A DNA stretch of 45,649 nucleotides. Source: Bigelowiella natans CCMP2755. Lineage: Eukaryota; Protista; Cercozoa. The notes below the pieces were generated by a model, which had not been told where the DNA came from, searched no databases, and worked only from the letters and a program-made list of their open reading frames with translations. The stretch spans positions 1 through 45,649 of the forward strand of contig ADNK01002747.1 in NCBI GenBank assembly GCA_000320545.1. The letters run 5' to 3'. The translations under genes were made by a program, and so were the position numbers. Every line of letters begins with the position of its first letter. Position 1 is the stretch's first letter. Below, in pieces: positions 13,802-25,000 of this stretch.

Positions 13802-14316
13802 TTGGATATGAGAGGGAGGGGAAGAGGAAGGGGGGATGGAGCGCACCGAACCCAACGTCAATACTTCAAATCGTGATAAGAAGAATATGTGATATATCGT
13901 AAACGGCTTGCTTGAGTATTCGGCCTGACAACCTACCAGAGATGGCCTCATGCAAACGGTTATTCCCGGAGATATCCTCGCCCCCATCTCCCGTCGCCAC
14001 TCTGCAGCGAGCTTCCGAGAGGCCTTTGGAATAAAGAGAAATGGGGAGGGGGGCAGGAAGGAGACAACGAGAAGGGCTGTGGAGGAAGGGAATAAGCACG
14101 AATTTATAACCACGTTTCACGACTGCGTATCTTCTTCTTCTTCCTCCTCCTCTGTGCATGACGAACTTAATCGTCTACAAGAGGCCGTTAGCAATTGCGA
14201 GCTGGGAATTACGGGGCCTTTGTTTGGGGATAAGAAAGGTGGTAGTAGAAGTGGTGGTGGTGGTGGTTGTGGTAGTTAAATGATGATGTTGATGATAACG
14301 ATCAGATCATAAGAGA

Positions 14317-14348
<32 letters not shown>

Positions 14349-14719
14349 AAGAGAGAAGAAGAAGAAGAAGGCAGTCCATACGGAAAATATTTTCGTCCTG
14401 GTTTCCTGTTCTTCTCGAGAGCTTTTTCAAAGATTGTGCGATGTTGTTTTGTGGTATTGGAATGGAGAGAGGAGGGTATGGGAAAATATCTCATGGCTGA
14501 ATCATAACCATCGATTGTTGTTGTCCCCCATCCGAATCAACATTTTGATTGTTTATCAATCGCGGTGACGGTGGTTATTCTTTCTTGGCATTACGGTGTG
14601 CGCAGATCGGTTCTTCTCCGCACCATTTTCCCCCTTTATTTTCTACCTCTTCTTCTTCCTTTTTGTCCCCGCTTCTCTTGCTCTGGCTTTGCAATTCGGT
14701 TTTTGATTCTCTATTCACG

Positions 14720-14790
<71 letters not shown>

Positions 14791-15632
14791 AATGTTTTAA
14801 AAAAATCACATGTACACGATAGATGTTATCGCTGCTGAAGATGCATTGGAACGAGAATGGCAGCTGTTAGATATGCTCGGATTACTAGACAATGAAGAAG
14901 AAACAGAAGAAGGTGAAAGTAGTTCGTTTGAGGATAAGTACGCACGTGATTGGTCACAGAGTCCCTCCTCGCTTCCCTCTCCCCCCCTGTCTCTTCTCTG
15001 TCCATTCTCTCTTCTTTTTTCGTGGGCATGTGCTTGGGTGGCCACAAGGTGAGGGGAAAAAGAAAAACAGAAGAGAAAAGATTGAAGGGAGACTTGGAGT
15101 TGTTGTTGGGGGGGGGCAGTATACGTGTGATATCGCCTTCGTCCGCTGCGGGTGGATTCCTTCTTTCCTCGATATCGATCAACATATAGGTGATGGCAGA
15201 AGAGTATTGCACGGTAGAAGCATCTTCGATGTGGAGGGACTGCTTTCAGCAGGCAGCACTCTGGGGGGGAGGCGTCAAGCCATTGCTTTTCCTTCGGATG
15301 CACACATGTAATAGTAATAGTAGCCGAGCGACTGATCACGCTTGCTTCGCGAAGCCTTTGTTACCGTGAAATCTAGCCCTGCACCTCCCTCACATCCACG
15401 CACACTATTCGAATGCGTCGCATCATTTAATTGAGTCAATGTGCTGCATAGAGATATCGACGGCGCCTCCTCAACGTCCTCGTCATCGGTTTATCTACGA
15501 TTCAGTCTCCCACCAGGAGCCTATGCTACTTCGTTCTTGGGGTCGCTTTGCGGGCCTTTTGGAGGTAGTGCGTGGGCAGCTTTGCAAGCGCGAAATCGGA
15601 AGCGAAACAAACGCCGCCGACGTGGCTCTTGA
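11702..15632 (+). CDS. truD: TruD/Pus7-family pseudouridine synthase, multi-exon
   Basis: Exons encode KVKPEDFQVLE, AGRKDK/DAVTQQWVSV (catalytic Asp motif), LRGNRFRIRLR, GFANTFGPQ/RF, SALQSSIFN, ITGPLFG, GGRRQAI and FSLPPGAYAT, which are the TruD motifs in order. The start codon and last exon are approximate. Confidence 0.88.
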
Positions 15633-15699
15633 CTGTATTAACTAGATCAACGAGTGCCAGAGACTTCGCCCCCCTCGCAGAGCTTTGTTCTCAATCACC

Positions 15700-16860
15700 A
15701 TGCCATATCGTGTAGATGTGGCGCCGCATGCGAGCATGTAGTGTGATGAGTGAAGTCCAGCTGCGGTAAGAAATGTCAGCCGGTCTAGCGGTACACTGCA
15801 AAGGTGATGACTACATTAATTTGCAAACTACATCCCTGCTAGCCTGCTAACTAGCTAGCCTGATCATAGCCAGCTAGCTAGTAGCTTATGCTGTGCGATG
15901 CATGCTAGCATGTTTGGAGCGCGATAGATGCTCGCGGTACATCGTCCGTGCACGCACGTCTAGACGTGCTTGCCAGCATTGCAGCGCGTGCAACGTACAA
16001 CAACGTACCGCGCCATGAGAGCAAACTGCATGTGATAGTGCGCATAGCTGTCCGAGCGTAATGAATGTCCGCACTGGCTGACTAGACTAGTAGAATAATG
16101 GACACATAGCTAGATCTAGAGATAGCTAGATAGTAATGATTGCAACTAGCTGGAAAGATTGTTGTTTGTGTTGTTGTTTTAGCTAGTGTTGTGCGCGCCC
16201 TCTGCTAGCTAGCTCAGAGCTAGCCCCCAAATAAATGCTCAACATGATCGACTAGTTGACACGAATGCATCAATAATAGCTCACGATCGATGAGTCATCA
16301 AGCTAGCGCTAGCTAGTGTTAGCTAGCTAGCCATTAGATAACACACTAGCAGTAGCTACTAGCATGGCCATCCTATAAAATTCCTGCTAGCGTCGTTGCA
16401 CGCTAGCAGCACGGCACATCTAGACATGCTAGCATGCTTAGCATGACTAGTCATGTCTTACTGGTATCTAGGTATAAATGTGTGTGCAATCTAGCAACGC
16501 ACACATTCTAGTGCCCATGTTGTTGTGTGCCCGCCCGACTGACTCTAGCTAGCTAGCTAGCTAGTGACTCATTCTTACACGCGCGCACACCGTACGTACA
16601 TCCCAGCTAGCATACATGCAGCATGTGCACTTGTTCTAGTATCATGCTGCACCGTGTGATGTTATTCATACTCTTTCGACAAGGAAAAAGCCATCCAGCA
16701 CACACAACATTAGCATATCTCTTCATCATCTGTTCGAATATTAGGCTGCTGTGTTAATAATCGAGTGTTCTTTGCCATGCTGAGCAGTGTTATGTCATGT
16801 GACTTGTTCGATTCTAATTGCATTAGGCTCCTAGTACTCACCGGGGCTAGCTGGAAGGCG
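15700..16860. other. CTAG/GCTAGC-rich intergenic block 2, between convergent 3' ends
   Basis: Very frequent ctag/gctagc/agct/catg/tgca words (e.g. ctagctagctagctagctag at ~16545). No credible ORF. Confidence 0.75.
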
Positions 16861-17006
16861 CTGCTGCGACGATCTTCGATGCCGCTGCTACTACCTTGAG
16901 AAGGAAACTACTCAAAGTTTTCCCCACGATTAGATATCAAGAACAAGACACATACTGACTCCGTTCACGGGATGAGAGGTATGGCTGTTCTATACGTCTC
17001 AAAATC

Positions 17007-18438
17007 CTAGTTGCTAGCGAGCTGGTGCAGTCTCTTCAAGAAGCTGCGCGTGTATTCCTTTACTGTGTTCTTGATGGACTCGATGCTCAGGTTGTTGATG
17101 ACGTCCTCTGCGCTCATGTTGTTGGTCTTGCTTTCCTCCTCCTGATTACATCCCTTAGCGATGATGCCGGTGTCGCGCGTGCATCGGTTTCCAACCTTAC
17201 ATGGTGGTGAAAAGAAGTTGAGAAGAGGTATTAGATATTTAAGCCAGGGAAGGTCGAAGAGTTGCTCTCTGGGAAGCTCAACCGCCCTCGACAAGGTCAA
17301 TAGGACGCAGTAGATTTCACTACTTCTGATACACATTCCACGCTATTCTAACTCGGTGTCGTACCTGCGAGCACCACAGTGTGCTCTTGAGGTCAGACGC
17401 GGCTTCGGAGTACTGGCCATTTTCGATATACGACTGAGTAGAAATGAAGAAAATCACAATTGTAACACGAGAACAAAACTACGAAGAGATGCGATGAAAA
17501 GCTGATAGTAATGGCGGTAGCGAGTGACGATCGTGGCGCACCTTGAAAGTAGTGAAAGATGCGACACCGGCTTGTCCCAAGTTGTATGTCATGTCAACAA
17601 GTACGGCCTAAAAAAGCACAATTTTAATTTTTCAGACAAATGACACTGGCAGATTCAGTATTCAAGCAGAGCTTATTTGCACCTTCATACTACTCCTGCT
17701 ACTATATCTACTGATATGACATTAAAAAAGTTTTTTTTACCATGATGCAAGAGCATTGATTGCCAAATACACTCTTTGCGCCAGATTCAGCAGTGCTTAG
17801 TGCCCCTACGAAAAAAATCATTCAGCGATTAAATCAATAGATATCATGAGACTAGAGTTGCGATTCTTGAGCAGTCAAATCTCAAGTGTTTCTAGTATCT
17901 GTATCTTCTTTCTATGAAGTTTTTGACCACAATGAAAGCGATTGCGTACAATCGATAGGTAATGCCAATATCATCATTTGCATGTTTTGAAACAGTGTTT
18001 TTTCAATCTGCAACTTCCACCTTGAAGAAGGGTAGAGCACTGGGATTTGGAGAGACATTGCGAGCCACTTCTGACCTGTGTATTACCATATTTTGTGGGT
18101 TAAACAAAAAGAGACATCCTACGCGTGCTACGGTTACTACCTGATCGTAATCAGCTCCAACTTTTGAGATATCGTCCTTGGCGCTCTAAACAGTGGTACG
18201 ATGATACATTTAGAGAGTGGCATGGCAGAAGAAGATAGCCGTGTGTTGTTTTTTCCTTATAAATTTCAAGTACATAGTTGTCGAGGTTGTATCCGTAGCA
18301 GATGGTAGGGTGTCCCGTGGTATCAGTGTAGACGCAAGAGCGGAAGCCTTCAGCTGCCTCGATCAAGCTTTGTGCAGATTGGCAAGCCGTAGCAACTTGG
18401 GAGGCCGAGAGAAGAGCAGCAAGTGTGAAGTAGAGCAT
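17007..18438 (-). CDS. Secreted T4-like (GH24) lysozyme/muramidase, 7 exons
   Basis: Signal peptide MLYFTLAALLSASQVATA. Catalytic E-x8-D-x5-T in EGFRSCVYTDTTGHPT; also VDMTYNLG and STLWCSQVGNRC. GT-AG exons join in frame (exon 1 18438-18274, exon 2 18185-18141, ... last exon ~17196-17007). Confidence 0.9.
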
Positions 18439-18961
18439 CTTGGAAAGTAAATGCAAAGGAGTATCTGAGATTTACAGCCACACAGGGATCGTTAAAATAG
18501 GGCCAGAGATGGAAAGAGAAATAGATCGAGAGGATGGGATGGGATGGGATGGGATGGAGGAACCTCAGTTGATTTATGAAATCTAAGATCCAAAGGTTCG
18601 ATTTTCTCCTATATAATTTATCTACGACATCAATTATGCATCAATTCCGTCGGAATTTCAACTATTATGTATGCCTCTTGGTTTAAAAATGACTCTTAGG
18701 GGTCTGACGTTATTTCCACATTAATGGGTCTTAACCTTTAAAACTATGCCATGACCTAATTTTTGAAAAAAATGCAGGTAATTCTACCAAATTAGTATGT
18801 CGTTGGGAGAGAAAGAAGGATCTTGTTGTTGTTGTTGTTGTTGACGATGATTCGGAGATAAATTTCGATGTTTGCGGAACTTAATAAAAAAAATAGTTTG
18901 TTACACCAGTCGTTGTGACGACATCCACTATGAAAACCACTTGGTGCAAAAAAATGGATTC

Positions 18962-19031
18962 AGATCTAGGAAAGAAATGGCGACCGAATTTAGTTTTAGA
19001 TCTAGGAAATAAATACGACCGAATTTAGTTT
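18962..19031. repeat. Two-copy ~35-bp direct repeat in divergent promoter
   Basis: agatctaggaaagaaatggcgaccgaatttagtttt followed by agatctaggaaataaatacgaccgaatttagttt. Confidence 0.75.
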
Positions 19032-19528
19032 AGTCGGCTGTTGTCCATTGTTGGTTTATCTCTCCTACTTTTTTCTCAGGAGACTTTTTTGCTCAGATCT
19101 TTTCGGGATCAGAAATTTATACGAAATTCGCGGAAATCCTTTCCCTTTTCTTGCGTTTTCGCCTGCGCTGGAAACAAACGAGCCAGTACCCTACTCGCAT
19201 CGAGAACAAATCCTTTGAGATCTGGGCTTTCACCGTCCCTTTTTCTCCAAAGTCGAGACGATTTCGTTGTCGTTCTCTGGCGATAGAGTCTTTCTCCGGT
19301 CGTCTTTCTCTCGCAATGGACAGTAAACCGGCACAAAAAGGGCCGCCTGGTCGCCATGATCTATGGCAATTTGTGCAAAAAGCTAGTCGAGCTGGGGTGA
19401 TAAGGCGCTGAGGCGCACGGATTTCGGACTCAGTGCCGCATTCTTGCCTCACACTTACGACTGAGTGAGCAAACAACAACAATATCCAAGCAAGAGCAGC
19501 AACACCAACAGCAAACAGCAAGCAAGCA

Positions 19529-20618
19529 ATGGCCTCACAACCAGCCGATACTGCTCCTCTCCTCCCTCTCGCCAACGCTCCCTCCCTCTCCAGCAAAACT
19601 ACGCACAAAGCGCTCCTTGCTGCTCTCCTGGCCGTCTTTTCGATCGTCGCCGTCGCGTTCGCGTTTGCTCAGGTTCTTTTATGCAGAATTTACCTCCTCA
19701 TGCGTGCACGATTCAGCCTACAGTTCTCATCCTAGATCTGATGAAGCATCCTCCTCCTCTTCTTTTACATTTGCTTTTAGCCCTCCATCCCAACCCCACT
19801 TGCAGCTTATCCAGCAATGACGACTCGCGGTCTTCTGAAGTGCCCTGCAGCATGCAGTCGAGGAATGAGCCGCATCAACCCTTTCAAGATGTAAGTTTTC
19901 ACAACCACCAAAGCTCCTCAATTAATATATCGACCGAAATATGCTAAACCGACTGATGCTTAGGCTTTCTTCCACACGCCATCTCTCTCTGCGCGGAGGA
20001 GCTATGACAGGTGTCCCAGTGTGTGCAATGAAACTGCTTGTTGCTTTACCCCATTAGTCATGCTCTTCGTATTGATGTTCCACCGCAACAACAGAAATTG
20101 CGAAAGGGGTGTCCTTCGACACTGTCGCTCGTGAGTGGAGAATGAAGTGGAGCGGGGATGAGGACAAGCAAAGCCTGGTAGCTGCCCAGGAGGCTCTGAA
20201 CGATGTTCTCTCCGAGGTGAAGGCCGTACCTGGCGTCAAATCGGTGCAACGTGTGGTTTGCGGGGGCTGCCTGGACTTCAAGGTGATCACCTCTCTCGAG
20301 GGTGACAAGTTCGGGGAGTGGGAGAGCTCTGGATTCAAGCCTGAGGAAGGTAACCAAGCTTTATCCCCCCCCCTCTTCTCGGTCATATCCTCGACGCCTT
20401 ATGGCGGGGAGGAAAAAGGAAAAGAGAAAGAAACGCTTTAGTAGGGGCCCTCATTTCTTCTGTGAGATTTGGATGGAATAATACGATTTAATGATCCTCC
20501 TGAATCACAGTGGCGTTAAAATAGTATTTGTTCTTACTCAGAATTCATCGAGAAGGTGAAGGCCATCCCAGGTATTAGCTTCGTCGAGACTCAAACCTAC
20601 ACCCTCATGCCAATGTAA
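19529..20618 (+). CDS. Hypothetical protein with CGGC (CxxC) motif and bipartite signal+transit leader, 5 exons
   Basis: Exons 19529-19672, 19781-19890, 19964-20010, 20095-20349 and 20542-20618 are phase-consistent. A hydrophobic signal and an R/S-rich leader ending LSLRGGA precede MTEIAKGVSFDTVAREWRMKW...QRVVCGGCLDFKV...ETQTYTLMPM. Confidence 0.85.
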
Positions 20619-20719
20619 AGAGGCACGGAATGTACGTTCACGGTAGAAAGATGATGTTTATGTGCGTCGGATTTTCTCAGCATGTTCCGGAGAACTTCTG
20701 CTGTTATTTTTGAGTAATT

Positions 20720-21309
20720 GGCAGCATGTCATCTCTATTGATGAACATGCACATTAACAATTAGCACATAGCACACTGATCCCAAAAAAGTTTCGCATAG
20801 CGAGATACATGTCATGCTACGAAGCATTACGCTCTAGCCTACAGTTAGCCAGAGTGAAAAGGCAGACAGCTAGACCAGTCTGCACTAGTGCAGTGGAGCA
20901 CATTTAGCCATCACTAGATCGCTAGATCAAGCTAGCCTAGCCTAGCTCTAGTAGCTAGCTAGTCTAGTAGCAGCATAGCAGCAAGACTTTGTTCCATGCC
21001 ACTGTGTCTAGCGCTAGCTAGCTAGCTGCTAGATGTCAGATGTGCACACAGTATACACGTGCATGTTCGTTGACGAATTCATAATCGCACACACTCATTG
21101 CGTGCAAGACAGCCATCATTTTGTGCAATCTAGCTAGCTAGCAATCCGCTGCACCATCACCGCAGTGATTTGTGTTCACCATCGCCTTGCACTGGTCTAG
21201 TGGTTGTGAGCTTGCCATTCCAACTGCCATCACCATCGCTCTGGCCAGCAGGCAGCTGGCGTTGCTTGTTCCAGTGCTGGCTAGCTGGGCAACATGCACG
21301 AACACTCGA

Positions 21310-21344
<35 letters not shown>

Positions 21345-21685
21345 CTAGACAGCACACACACAGCACACACACAGCACAGCACAAACCTGTGCACATGCAC
21401 AGTCGTTTGCACAAGCAACACTGAAAGTCGCAACACTCTCACGCTGACAGCGCACAGCAACGACAACCAAGTCCGATGACCACAATCAAACGCCAGAACG
21501 TGCCTGTCCCAGTGGTCCAGCAGTGTCGCCCGATGGCTAGATGGCTTGCTCTGGTGCTGCCACTACTTCACTTCTCACTCTCTCCTGGACGTCGAGAACA
21601 AACTGTGAGTGCGTCATGGGTTCTTCCCTTTCCATCTCAATGGGCCGCTGATTTCACGTGGCTGTTGCTGATCACTCAGTGAACA
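20720..21685. other. CTAG-rich intergenic block 3 (left part; continues at ~27403-27780 beyond the retrotransposon)
   Basis: gctagcctagcctagctctagtagctagctagtctagtag at ~20931, plus many gcac/tgca/catg words. Similar but weaker composition resumes after the right LTR. Confidence 0.7.
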
Positions 21686-22011
21686 TGTTGCGCGTAAGGT
21701 GTTCACAGGCCGAGGCGCTACGTGCACAAGTAGGCAGGGGGGGGGAAAGGCACGTTTGCTTCCTTTTGAAGAGTTGTGTTTATTTTTATTAAAGATTATA
21801 TTTTTATTAAATCGTGCACTGCGTAATCATTCGCGAAGCTTTCGCGAATGCCGCCGCACGTGGGGCAGCACACTTCCGGTGTGCTGCCATGAGTCCCGCC
21901 GGAACCCACGTGCCTATGCTGTATTAATATCTACGTTATCTATATTCTATATCCGCGACAACCCCTTTGTTGTCGCACGTGACTTGTGCCCGCGTAGTGG
22001 TACGCGCTACA
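21686..22011 (-). repeat. 3' LTR
   Basis: tgttgcgcgta...tacgcgctaca, with an 11-bp terminal inverted repeat (1 mismatch). AATAAA signals on the minus strand (~21779-21808). Preceded on the minus strand by the PPT TTGGGGGAGG (22012-22021). Confidence 0.95.
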
Positions 22012-22062
22012 CCTCCCCCAAGTCACGTTGCTCCTTCCTTCCTTCCTTATTCCCTTAGACCT

Positions 22063-25000
22063 TCATCGCTTTCGGAACTTCACCAACCACCAGGTAATAG
22101 ATTCCTCTCTAACCTTATCTCCTTTGTCGCTTACCCAGAACTCACCTTCGTCCTTAGGTTCGTGTCCATACCAGCCCTCTGCATCAAGGTCCCCCAGGAC
22201 CTTATACCAGTGCTCAAAGGGTAAGTCGGGAACAGCTAGGTAGAGTAGCTGATATTTTCCGTCCTTTATTTTCATAGCTACCCTCTCCATATTTCGTAAT
22301 CCAGGGTAGCCTAGATAGACAATCTTCATGCGCCAATCGTCGTTCACCCTGACCTTATTGTTTCCATATTCCACATCGAACTTAGGTCGGGGTCCTAAAC
22401 AAGGCATTGCTCGCTCCCACACAGTAGGGTTTACTTTAACATCCTCTAGGAGCTTCTCACCGATATCATAATTCTTTAGGTGACTGATGTGGCGCAAGGT
22501 GACCCTGTTCCCATCATAGATGTAGTACTGCTTCCTCCCCTTCCTCTCGGTAACCTTTGCAACGCCACCCCAGAAGGGGTCTTGTTTATTTCTCGATCTC
22601 AGATTTACCTTGGCCCTAACATACTGTCCTTCCTTTAGAACTCGGCCATCGTACGGGACCTTCTCGTCTTCGCTCTCGGTATCGTCGTCGTTGTCGTCGC
22701 CTTCTTCCCTCTCCTTATCCTTGATACCTCCCCCAGACGTGAAGGTGTCGTTTACTAACCCTTGTATCTTGTCTGGTGTGGTGCTATTTATCCTGCTTAG
22801 GTTGGCCAAGGTGCGGTGGAGTCGCTCTACCTTGGAGTTGGACTGGGCATAGTATACAGGTGAGGCATCAATATTAGGGTGTGGTAGCTGTAGAAGAGAG
22901 GTCTCATTATCCACATGTAACTTCTTTGGTATCTTGTTTATGCTAACTTCATCAGGGATAGCCTGGAGCTCAGACTCCCAGGTACGGTAGCAGTTAGTAA
23001 GCCTCTGCTTATATAAGCCTTTGTTCTTCTTAGCAACGTTGACCTTGATAATCTTTTTAACCCAGCACTTTCCAGTGGCCACATCAACGAAGGTAAGGTA
23101 GTGATAGCCATCGTACTTATAAACATCAATTTGCACGATATCTAAGAAGTTCCTTGCTTTGATTTTCTTAGATGCACGGCTCTTGCTGGACTCCTTGGTG
23201 GCGACGCCTGCCGCCTTCAAGCTGGAGCACCTGCAGCCACGCAGGTATGTCCTTATCTCTTTTAGCTTGTAGGGCCAGTAGTAATGGTAGAGTAGAGCAG
23301 TGATATGGTTTTCTCCTACGTGTGCAGGTCCATGGGCGGTAAAGAGAAGGGCTCCCCTGGTCCGCCGTGGCACGTAGGTACGCCTAACATTATTAGTGTA
23401 TACATATATCCTATCACTAAGTACCTCATGCTTGTGTTTGTATTTATCCAGGTGTTCTTGAAGGTGCTGGAGCTCCTCTGGCTCAGGCAGGAAGTCGCCG
23501 TCCTCGAAGGTAATCGCGTTAACCATAGGGGTGACCTGGGTAGGGACTTTCTTTTCGAACAGCCTGCTGAAATAGTCAGCAAGCTGCTTGTCTCCTGGTG
23601 CGTAGACCACTGTCCTCTTGTCCCTAAACTCTTCCGTGTCCGCCCTCATAGCTGCATACTCATCGTTAGGCGCTTCGAGCTTGCGGTCGATGCCTAGGAG
23701 GGGCTTGTGGTCAGTCATTAAGGTGAAGCTGGGCACCGACAGCAGGTAGTATCTTAGTTTCCTCTGCGCCTCAGTCATGGCTTTATACTCTCCTTTTGTA
23801 GGGCTGTACTTGGCCTCAGCTGCTGTGCAGGCCCTGCCCCACACCCGTATGATCTGCTGGTCTTGGGTAAGTACAGCAGCCATACCTAGCTTAGACCAGT
23901 CTGTCCATAGGGTAGCTGGTCTAGTAGTGTCTAGCTTAGCATTCAATAGGGTGTTGCTGCATAACTTTATTAGGTTATCGAAGTGGGCATCAAGGCCAGC
24001 CTTGGCCCACACCTTAGCGAAGCTGAGGCCTACAGAGTTCTCCTTCCGGTAAGCAGTAGTAAAAGCAGCTGCAGTCCTAGCGTAGGTAGGGGAGAACCTA
24101 CGTAGTATCCAAGCTGCAGTCTGCAAGAATGACTTTAACTCCTTTGCATTCTTAGGTTTAGGGGCTTGCTGTAGTGCTGCTACTTTCTCGGGGTTTGGGG
24201 TGATGCGGCCTTGCTCCAGGTAATATCCACACCACTTGATTCTTGTAGCTAGGAATGTACACTTCTGCAGTCTAATAGTAAAACCGAAGTGTGCAAACCT
24301 AATAAATATATTTTCCAGGAGGAAGATCTGAGCGACGACTGTGTTGGTACATATTATGTCATCATCCACATACACAAACACAAACACCCACAACACAGAC
24401 GCCATCCCATCATGTGTGTATGCCCTGTAGTTCTGACTACTGAACGCATCCCCTGATATGCTTAGGCCGTAAGGGAATACGACGAAGTGCCACTTCCTGT
24501 GCCTGCTGGAGAACGCGGTAATGGGGCGGGAGGTTTTGTGGATGGGTGTCTGCATGTATGATTCATTTTTATCTAGGGAAGAGTAGTATTTGTATCCTAT
24601 GACGTGTTCAATAACGTCATCTATCCTTGGTGTAGGTGTCTGGATCCTCTTTATTACTCGGTTGTGGCGGATGAAGTTGTGCGCCAGGCGGAAGAAAGGG
24701 TAAGTAGGTTTCTTAGCTAGCACATGTCTCACGTTCCATGGTGAGTTGCTTGGCTCTATCTTCCCTTCCTTTGCCCATTCATTGATCTGCCACTCTATCT
24801 TTTCCCAGTCCGCTTCCGGTCGCCTATGTTCTGGGTCATTGATGATGCACTCTTCGTATCCCTTCTTTAGCTCGATCTTTACTGGGGTAAGCTTGCTGGA
24901 GGGCTTCGTCGTCGGCTTGGTGATGTCAGAGTACTTCTCGTTTAATATTTTATTAATGTACTTTTTGCCTTTGTCGATATCCCAATCATCAGCTGGGGGG

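Noticed and set aside
15700-16860. CTAG blocks as CRISPR array, satellite or RIP product
   Set aside because: There is no fixed repeat-spacer period or monomer. CpA/TpG remain abundant, unlike fungal RIP.
21699-22058. Duplicated + strand ORF (also 27060-27425)
   Set aside because: Antisense reading of the LTRs from non-ATG starts.
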